Source: Candidatus Kerfeldbacteria bacterium (lineage in GTDB: Bacteria > Patescibacteriota > Patescibacteriia > UBA9570 > XYC2-FULL-38-9). From it: a stretch of 64,000 bases of DNA. The notes beneath the pieces are model-generated. The model saw only the letters and a program-made list of their open reading frames with translations, was not told where the DNA came from and ran no database searches. Positions 58,054 to 64,000 of this stretch are shown one piece after another. The first letter of the stretch is position 1; each line of letters begins with the position of its first letter. The stretch lies in NCBI GenBank assembly GCA_043813585.1, contig JBDRKW010000005.1, forward strand, positions 3,409 to 67,408, written 5' to 3'. Position numbers and translations under genes: made by a program.

Positions 58054-59085
58054 ATGCTCCTGTCGCTATCCGTCGCCAAGGCGGTCGGCATTGTTTTGAT
58101 TATTGTCGCGCACACCGACCAGGTGTTCGGGTTTTCCGACAGCTTTGATACGTCCTTGTTTTCGTATCATCTACTGGAGCGGCTGCTTCATGTCATCGGC
58201 CACTACGGCGTGTCGCTGTTTCTGGTGGCATCCGGCTTTGGGCTGACCTATTCCCTCTGCAGGAAAGGCGCAACAGTCACCCTGGGCTGGTACCTGAAGC
58301 GGTTTATGCGCATCTACCTCCTGTTCTGGGTGAGCTACGCGTTCTTTATTGCGCTTTTTTCCATAACGAAAGGCTCACTCGGCATCTCGGGAAGGGAATT
58401 CGTGTTTACGCTGCTCGGCATTCAGGCATTTTTCGGATACTGGGGCGGCCATGTCAACGGCGTGTACTGGTTCAACACGCTGATCCTGTCGCTGTATGCC
58501 GTGTTCCCCCTGCTGTTCTGGTTTTTGCGCACCCCGCGGTGGTGGAAGATGGCGCTGCTGCTGGCGATCAGCATTGGCGCGGGCATTATCATCATTGATC
58601 ATGACTTGCAGGCATTCCGGTACCTGTTCATTGACCGCCTGTTTGAGTTCGGGTCGGGGATCGCGCTTGCAGTCCTCTACCATGCGCGCGGGAAACTGTT
58701 AAATACAGCAGCTTCCGGATGGCTCTTTCTCGCCGCCGCCGCCGCGGTCTTTGCCGCGTACCTCTGCTTCCTGAACGACGCCGCAACCGTGGCGCTGGTT
58801 GTCCTCTCCGGACCGTTGCTGTTTATCGCGCTCTTCCAGCTGGTCAGGCTGGTCAGTGAGGCGTCGCTTACCGCACGCGCCGTCATATTGCTTGAACGCT
58901 ACGCGCATGCGCTGTTTCTCTTCCACCTGCCGCTGTTGTCGCTCCTCTGGAAAAACGTGCCGGGGCCAAAAGTGGAATTTTTACTGGTGTACGCAACGGC
59001 AATTGCCGTTGTTTCCATTGCCGGACACCATCTTTCCGGCTGGATTATTGAAAAAGCGTTCCGCTCCGTAAAAAGGCCGAGTTGA
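58054..59085 (+). CDS. Acyltransferase family 3
   Basis: GVSLFLVASGFGL, KRFMRIY, WF, FLFH. Confidence 0.88.
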   Translation: MLLSLSVAKAVGIVLIIVAHTDQVFGFSDSFDTSLFSYHLLERLLHVIGHYGVSLFLVASGFGLTYSLCRKGATVTLGWYLKRFMRIYLLFWVSYAFFIALFSITKGSLGISGREFVFTLLGIQAFFGYWGGHVNGVYWFNTLILSLYAVFPLLFWFLRTPRWWKMALLLAISIGAGIIIIDHDLQAFRYLFIDRLFEFGSGIALAVLYHARGKLLNTAASGWLFLAAAAAVFAAYLCFLNDAATVALVVLSGPLLFIALFQLVRLVSEASLTARAVILLERYAHALFLFHLPLLSLLWKNVPGPKVEFLLVYATAIAVVSIAGHHLSGWIIEKAFRSVKRPS

Positions 59086-59145
59086 AAGAAAACCGCGAGC
59101 CATTGCGTACTAGTATGATAGGGTGTACGCTCTCGCCAACCCATT

Positions 59146-59721
59146 ATGGAATTTGAACATCTGAAGGAAAAAACCGACGAAGAGCTTGTCGCGCTTGCCA
59201 TCGACTTCCAGGCCGCGTTTTCGACGTTGATCGACCGGTATTCGGACAAGCTGACGTGGTACATCCGGCAGATCACCAATGTCAGCCGCGAGGAAGCGGA
59301 AGATATCCTCCAGGAGACGTTCATCAAGGCCTATACCAACATCAACAGCTTCGACCCGTCGCTGAAATTTTCCAGCTGGATCTACCGTATCGCCCATAAC
59401 GAAGTCATCAGCAACTACCGCAAGCGAAAGGCGCGGCCGCAGGACGATGCCAACGACATTGACGACAAACTCGTCGATTCGCTCGTTGCCGAGGTGGACC
59501 TGGACAAAGAGGTTGACCGCGAATTCTTGCGCAAGCATCTTTTGGACATTCTTGGCGGCATCGACATGAAATACCGCGAGGTCCTGGTGCTCCGCTATTT
59601 CCAGGACCGCAGCTACAAGGAGATATCGGACATCATCAAAAAGCCGGAAGGAACCGTGGCCACGCTCATCAACCGGGCAAAGAAGGAATGCCGCAAGCAG
59701 ATCGAGAAAAAAAGGAAATGA
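59146..59721 (+). CDS. ECF RNA polymerase sigma factor (SigW-like)
   Basis: AEDILQETFIKAY, FSSWIYRIAHN, SYKEISDI....GTV...NRA. Confidence 0.95.
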   Translation: MEFEHLKEKTDEELVALAIDFQAAFSTLIDRYSDKLTWYIRQITNVSREEAEDILQETFIKAYTNINSFDPSLKFSSWIYRIAHNEVISNYRKRKARPQDDANDIDDKLVDSLVAEVDLDKEVDREFLRKHLLDILGGIDMKYREVLVLRYFQDRSYKEISDIIKKPEGTVATLINRAKKECRKQIEKKRK

Positions 59722-59731
59722 TTTCAATACT

Positions 59732-60532
59732 ATGAACAAGACAACCATCAGCCAGGAGGTCCTGAAGCAGATTCAGGAGAAAAAGATAGAGCCAAAGCCG
59801 AAATGGCAGTTTTTGGCCAGGAATTATATGGTGTGGGGAGCGGGCAGCGTCTGCGTTGTGGTTGGCGGGTTGTCGCTGTCGGTGATGGCGCATATGGCGC
59901 GCGTGAGCGACTGGGAGCTCTATGCCAACGCGGACGGGAGCGCACTGACGTTTGCCATTGAAAACATGCCGTACCTCTGGATCGTGGTGATGGTGCTGTT
60001 TATCCTGCTTGCCAACTATAACCTCAAGCATACAAAGAGCGGATATAAGTACCGGCTCGCGTCGGCTGTTGTTGTGGTTATCGGCGCAAGCGTGTTTGTC
60101 GGCGGGATTTTCCATGTCATGAATATCGGACGCGCGCTCGATTCGCTATTCGAAGAGCGGGTGCCGTATTACGCGCAGTTTATGGCGCCGCGGCATGCCG
60201 TTTGGATGAATCCGGAACAGGGGCTGTTGACCGGAAAAATTACGGACGATGCATCAGATGATTCATTCATCATGGTTGATATATACGGCGGCGAGTGGGA
60301 AGTGCTTTTTGAAAAGCCCGAACTGCGGGGCATGGAAATAATCAAAGCAGGGCTGCCGGTGCGCATCATAGGCGAGGCGATTGATGATTATCTTTTTAAG
60401 GCATACATCATCAAAGTGCTTCCGCCGGAACAGCCGTTCGGCCCAAAGGAGAAGTTCTACTACCGGTTCAAGAAAATAAAGAAGGGTGAACCGGTGAGTG
60501 AAAGTTTTTTCGGCAGGCCGCGTACTATCTAG
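59732..60532 (+). CDS. Putative membrane anti-sigma factor
   Basis: Directly follows the ECF sigma; three TM plus a soluble C-terminal domain. Confidence 0.65.
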   Translation: MNKTTISQEVLKQIQEKKIEPKPKWQFLARNYMVWGAGSVCVVVGGLSLSVMAHMARVSDWELYANADGSALTFAIENMPYLWIVVMVLFILLANYNLKHTKSGYKYRLASAVVVVIGASVFVGGIFHVMNIGRALDSLFEERVPYYAQFMAPRHAVWMNPEQGLLTGKITDDASDDSFIMVDIYGGEWEVLFEKPELRGMEIIKAGLPVRIIGEAIDDYLFKAYIIKVLPPEQPFGPKEKFYYRFKKIKKGEPVSESFFGRPRTI

Positions 60533-60572
60533 TAGAGGGGCCTCACTCTACTAACAAGTAAGCAACATTTAC

Positions 60573-61184
60573 ATGGAACATACTTCAAAAAAGAAGAATG
60601 CACTCCCGATTGCCATCATGGCATCAGCTATCCTGATTACTGGTGGTATCGCTACAGCATCTTTCGCCGCAAGTGGCGAAGACGGAAGCGGCAACAGCAA
60701 ATTCAAGGAGTCCTTCCGGGCAATAAAAGATGCGCTCGATACCAATGACTATGACACGTGGTCGTCACTCGTGAATGGGCAAATCGATGAGCGGTCAACC
60801 GAGGCGAAAGAGAAGGTTACCGAGGATACCTTCAATACGCTTCAGGAAATAAAACAGCTCAAAGAGGACGGCAAGTTCGAAGAGGCCAAGGAGCTCATGC
60901 AAGAGCTCGGTCCGATGCCCGGAATGCCTGGAAAAGGGCACATGGGGAAGATGCAGGGCATGAAGGGGGAACACCGCGCAGAGATGATGCAGGTGTTCGA
61001 AGACGGGGATTATGAAGCATGGGCTGCGCTTATGCAGGAACGCATGAACAACCGGATGGGCGAGGAAGACATCAGCGAAGATACCTTCAATAAGCTCAAA
61101 GAGGCGCATGACCTGCGCCAGTCCGGCGACTATGACGCGGCGCGCGATATCATGGAAGAGCTCGGCTTCGGCCCTAAGTTCTAA
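60573..61184 (+). CDS. Secreted helical-repeat protein
   Basis: Signal peptide; two repeats of DY..W..L...EDTFN.L.E...L...G....A..M.ELG. Confidence 0.8.
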   Translation: MEHTSKKKNALPIAIMASAILITGGIATASFAASGEDGSGNSKFKESFRAIKDALDTNDYDTWSSLVNGQIDERSTEAKEKVTEDTFNTLQEIKQLKEDGKFEEAKELMQELGPMPGMPGKGHMGKMQGMKGEHRAEMMQVFEDGDYEAWAALMQERMNNRMGEEDISEDTFNKLKEAHDLRQSGDYDAARDIMEELGFGPKF

Positions 61185-61216
61185 CGACAATCCAACAAAG
61201 CGACAACAGGCGATGC

Positions 61217-61250
61217 AAAAAAGAGCCGGCAAGCAACAGCCGGCTTTTTT
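61217..61250 (+). terminator. Intrinsic terminator
   Basis: AGCCGGC...GCCGGCT plus T-tract. Confidence 0.8.
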
Positions 61251-61288
61251 GTTTGAGTAAAAAAAGAAGGGCGTTCGGCGGAAACCAC

Positions 61289-62173
61289 CTAGCCCTCGGG
61301 AATCTGGCCTTCGCCAGAGCCCCACACCCCCAGACCGGTTGGGGAGTCCATCCGGAAAATATACAGCTGTTCCAGCGCGTGCGCGAGCGCGAATACCGAC
61401 CTGAAGGTGCGGTCGATGATCTCGCTCACCGTCTCAACCGGCTGTTCAAGCAGCGGCGTGCGCTCGATATGCGCCATCGCGAGCGCCGCATTGATGGTGA
61501 ACCGGTGTCCCGGCAAGAGCAGCAGGTCGATGGTCGACTCGGTCGCGTTTTCCACTTCGTACGCGCTGTGGATGAGGTCTGACTGGAGGATCTGAATGCA
61601 GGATTCCGCAGCCGCCTCGCTGTAGAATTCGCCGGTGAACCCCGCATCTCGGTATGCGCGCCAGTGCCTTCGGGGGTCGAAGTAGCTCATGACGTCCGCC
61701 AGGCAGCACGTCCGGGGGCTTGCCGCCTGATGCGTCTCCAGCACTGTCAGCCACATCCCCAGCGCCGACCATAGGCGGGTGAGCAACGCCACCGACTCCA
61801 GGAAGTCATTGGCAGACATGAGGTTGGCTTGCGACGCAATGACCGCGATCCGCGTATGGTGCGTAGGCTCATAGAGCGACAGCTTGGACTGCTTCATCAC
61901 ATGGAGGATCTTCATAACCTGGATGTGGCCGGTGAGGAAGGTGACCAGGCTGGATTTCTCGAGGTGATTCCAGATGCAGGTACTCTCTTCGGTGGCCACG
62001 CAGAGCTCGGTCGCGATGAAGTCCCGCAGCCATCGAATCGCTGTCACGTCCGCATCCAGGTCCGGCACGTCCGCATAGGTAGTCAGGAACTCGTCGTAGT
62101 CGGCCGCATGACGAAGAGTGTCGATGATGACATTAATTGCATCAGGACAGAGAATGTTTTTCTGTGGCTTCAA
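61289..62173 (-). CDS. Hypothetical protein (GC-rich orphan)
   Basis: TTGACA(62240)-17-TATGGT promoter; GGGAGGG SD before TTG 62173; CTTC-T7 end at 61259-61269. Confidence 0.6.
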   Translation of the reverse strand: MKPQKNILCPDAINVIIDTLRHAADYDEFLTTYADVPDLDADVTAIRWLRDFIATELCVATEESTCIWNHLEKSSLVTFLTGHIQVMKILHVMKQSKLSLYEPTHHTRIAVIASQANLMSANDFLESVALLTRLWSALGMWLTVLETHQAASPRTCCLADVMSYFDPRRHWRAYRDAGFTGEFYSEAAAESCIQILQSDLIHSAYEVENATESTIDLLLLPGHRFTINAALAMAHIERTPLLEQPVETVSEIIDRTFRSVFALAHALEQLYIFRMDSPTGLGVWGSGEGQIPEG

Positions 62174-62287
62174 AGTGCGCCCTCCCTGTTGTTGTTCGTG
62201 GAACGTCAACTACCATATAGAATTGAGCGCTGCCTGTCAAAAAAGGACATGCGCTTTGCATGCCCTTCTTTTCAACTATTGGTAGTT

Positions 62288-63100
62288 TTACCGGACGCCC
62301 GTAAGGCTTAGCTCCGAAACGCTGCCGCTGCGGGACTGCCAGCCGGCGCCTTCCAAGCCGACGTAATGGATCATTACCGGTTTCGGATCCAGTGTTATAA
62401 GATCGAAATCGTACGAAGTGTACTGTCCTTGTTTGACCTTCACGCCGTTGGTGTCTACCGAGCTGTCTGTAGGATCCGGGTAGTAGAACCCGCGCCAGAA
62501 CATCTGGCCTGCGGCTGACGGGTCTTCACCCAGAAGGTTATGGACCACACCGTCCGCATCCGTGTACGCAACCGCAACCGCCACGGGTGCTTCGCGCCCG
62601 TTCCAGCCGGTGCCGGTGAGCGTCTGGTCATGCGCAGCCACATCAACATGCAGATTCAGTTCGGAAAAACCGGACACGTCCTGTTCCACATCAACCATGA
62701 TCCCGCTTCGGGAATTTGCCTTGACCGCGGCAAAGGTCACTCCTTCGTCATTATAGGTCACTTCGCCTCCGGAATCTGCCGCCTTATACCACACATGTTC
62801 GTACCATCCGCTCGGCTGGCTTGCAAATGAAGCTACTGCCACAAGTTCGATCGTTTGGCCGGAAGTGCCGTTGGCAGCTGTTGTATCATCGACCGTACCA
62901 TCGCCGTCATTATCAACACCGGCTGGGCTGGCAGTGTCAGCTGCTGCATTTGTGTTTGTATTCGTGTCAGTGCCTGTGTCTGCAGGTGTTCGCAGAGCAA
63001 ACCACCAGAGCACGAAGCCGAGTAATAACAGCACAAGAATGACCAGGAGAATCCATAGCCACGATTTTGAGCCGCTTGTTGATTCTTGTTCGTTGTCCAT
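62288..63100 (-). CDS. Membrane-anchored protein with putative carbohydrate-binding beta-sandwich
   Basis: N-terminal TM, TN-rich linker, aromatic-rich beta domain. Confidence 0.7.
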   Translation of the reverse strand: MDNEQESTSGSKSWLWILLVILVLLLLGFVLWWFALRTPADTGTDTNTNTNAAADTASPAGVDNDGDGTVDDTTAANGTSGQTIELVAVASFASQPSGWYEHVWYKAADSGGEVTYNDEGVTFAAVKANSRSGIMVDVEQDVSGFSELNLHVDVAAHDQTLTGTGWNGREAPVAVAVAYTDADGVVHNLLGEDPSAAGQMFWRGFYYPDPTDSSVDTNGVKVKQGQYTSYDFDLITLDPKPVMIHYVGLEGAGWQSRSGSVSELSLTGVR

Positions 63101-63199
63101 AATGAATTGTTAATGATGAACTTCCTTATTATAAGGAAAACCGCGAATTGACACAAAAAAAATATCCCCGCCAGAGCGCAGAGCTCCGGAAGGGTCCTC

Positions 63200-63724
63200 C
63201 TATGCGGCGTTCACCCACGTCACCAGCGAACCCTTGGCCTTGGGGATGCGGATCAGGAACCTCCAGTACTCGCTGAAGTTGTGCTCCGCCGTGAACAGGG
63301 TGAGCCTGCGTTCGTCGTCGACGAAGGTGAGGCAAGGGATCACCAGACCGCCGCTCTTGGTGAGCCAGGGCTCGCACATGATCGCGACCGGGTGCCGCAG
63401 CTGCTCCTCCGGGAACCGGTGCGCGAACGCCATCGCGTCGCCGAAGGACGGCCGCTCGAACTGGTTGGCTGCAAACGCGGTCAGCAGATCGTTGGTGAAC
63501 ATCCACCGACCCGGAGTCACGAGCGCCAGGCGGTACCGCTTGTAGCGCTGCAGAGGATCGCCAATTCCCATCAGAGGGAAGCGACTCTCATTGATGTCCG
63601 GGTCGACGCGGTGGAAGCCGCAGGCGTTCACCGCACGTTCCCACTTGCGCAACGGGTTCCAGTCGGTGCTCATCCGTTCCCCGACGTACAGCGGCCACAA
63701 TGTGCTGTTACCTCTCGCTTGCAT
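63200..63724 (-). CDS. Hypothetical protein (GC-rich)
   Basis: GGAGGT SD before ATG 63724; GC3 bias; RP.....AFA..FPEEQ..P...VIPCL......R.L motif. Confidence 0.7.
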   Translation of the reverse strand: MQARGNSTLWPLYVGERMSTDWNPLRKWERAVNACGFHRVDPDINESRFPLMGIGDPLQRYKRYRLALVTPGRWMFTNDLLTAFAANQFERPSFGDAMAFAHRFPEEQLRHPVAIMCEPWLTKSGGLVIPCLTFVDDERRLTLFTAEHNFSEYWRFLIRIPKAKGSLVTWVNAA

Positions 63725-63926
63725 GTTCGACCTCCGTCAGCCGAGCTTCGCTCATCTCCTTGCTGCCAAGAACTCTGAGCAGGTCGGCGATATCGAGGAT
63801 TTGCTCGTCCGTCAGCCCGTTGTCGCGCAGTTCCTTGAGGAACGCACGAGCCATCGCCATCTTCCGCACCTGCCAGTTCTTCGGGTTGTCCTCCGTGCCG
63901 GTACTGGTGAACTTGGTATCAAGCAT
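63708..63926 (-). CDS. Small hypothetical protein (GC-rich)
   Basis: AAGGGG SD; ELR.NGLTDEQIL helical motif; overlaps the next gene. Confidence 0.6.
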   Translation of the reverse strand: MLDTKFTSTGTEDNPKNWQVRKMAMARAFLKELRDNGLTDEQILDIADLLRVLGSKEMSEARLTEVEHASER

Positions 63927-64000
63927 TCCATGCCCCCTTCAAAGGCAAAGCGCAGAATATGCGCGGTGTTTATGAGGTGTTTCCACATACTACCATCAAT

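Noticed and set aside
1-64000. Alternative genetic code (UGA=Gly), prophage, IS, DGR or retron
   Set aside because: Conserved genes are intact under code 11 and TGA ends genes such as queA; no integrase, transposase, RT or capsid/terminase motifs were seen

Overview
The gene content points to a Patescibacteria/CPR chromosome segment (Parcubacteria/ABY1-like, inferred), using standard genetic code 11. Housekeeping genes are queA, ruvB, tsaD, valS, a PilB/GspE ATPase, yidC-like, hsp20, tRNA-Glu(TTC) and tRNA(CAT). They are mixed with many envelope genes: O-antigen-ligase-like proteins, a flippase, GT4/GT-C transferases, an amidase, SpoIID, M23, VanW, DsbA, RND and an ECF sigma/anti-sigma pair. 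Most notable observations: (1) three tandem secreted proteins share an archaeal-style (I/V)PE(F/Y)-TM-basic C-terminal sorting signal (PEF-CTERM-like), and no sortase is visible in the window; (2) an integrase-less array at tRNA-Glu has four copies of the tRNA 3' end and carries a phage-fibre-like adhesin whose promoter spacer contains a C9 tract; (3) a T-box riboswitch precedes an HD-hydrolase-valS operon; (4) there are two unannotated, highly structured RNA candidates; (5) about seven self-contained GC-rich 'orphan' units are scattered through the window, most with a TTGACA promoter, a GGAG(G) SD and a TTC-T7/8 end, including a lone divergent purM. All calls come from reading the sequence by eye; no searches were run.
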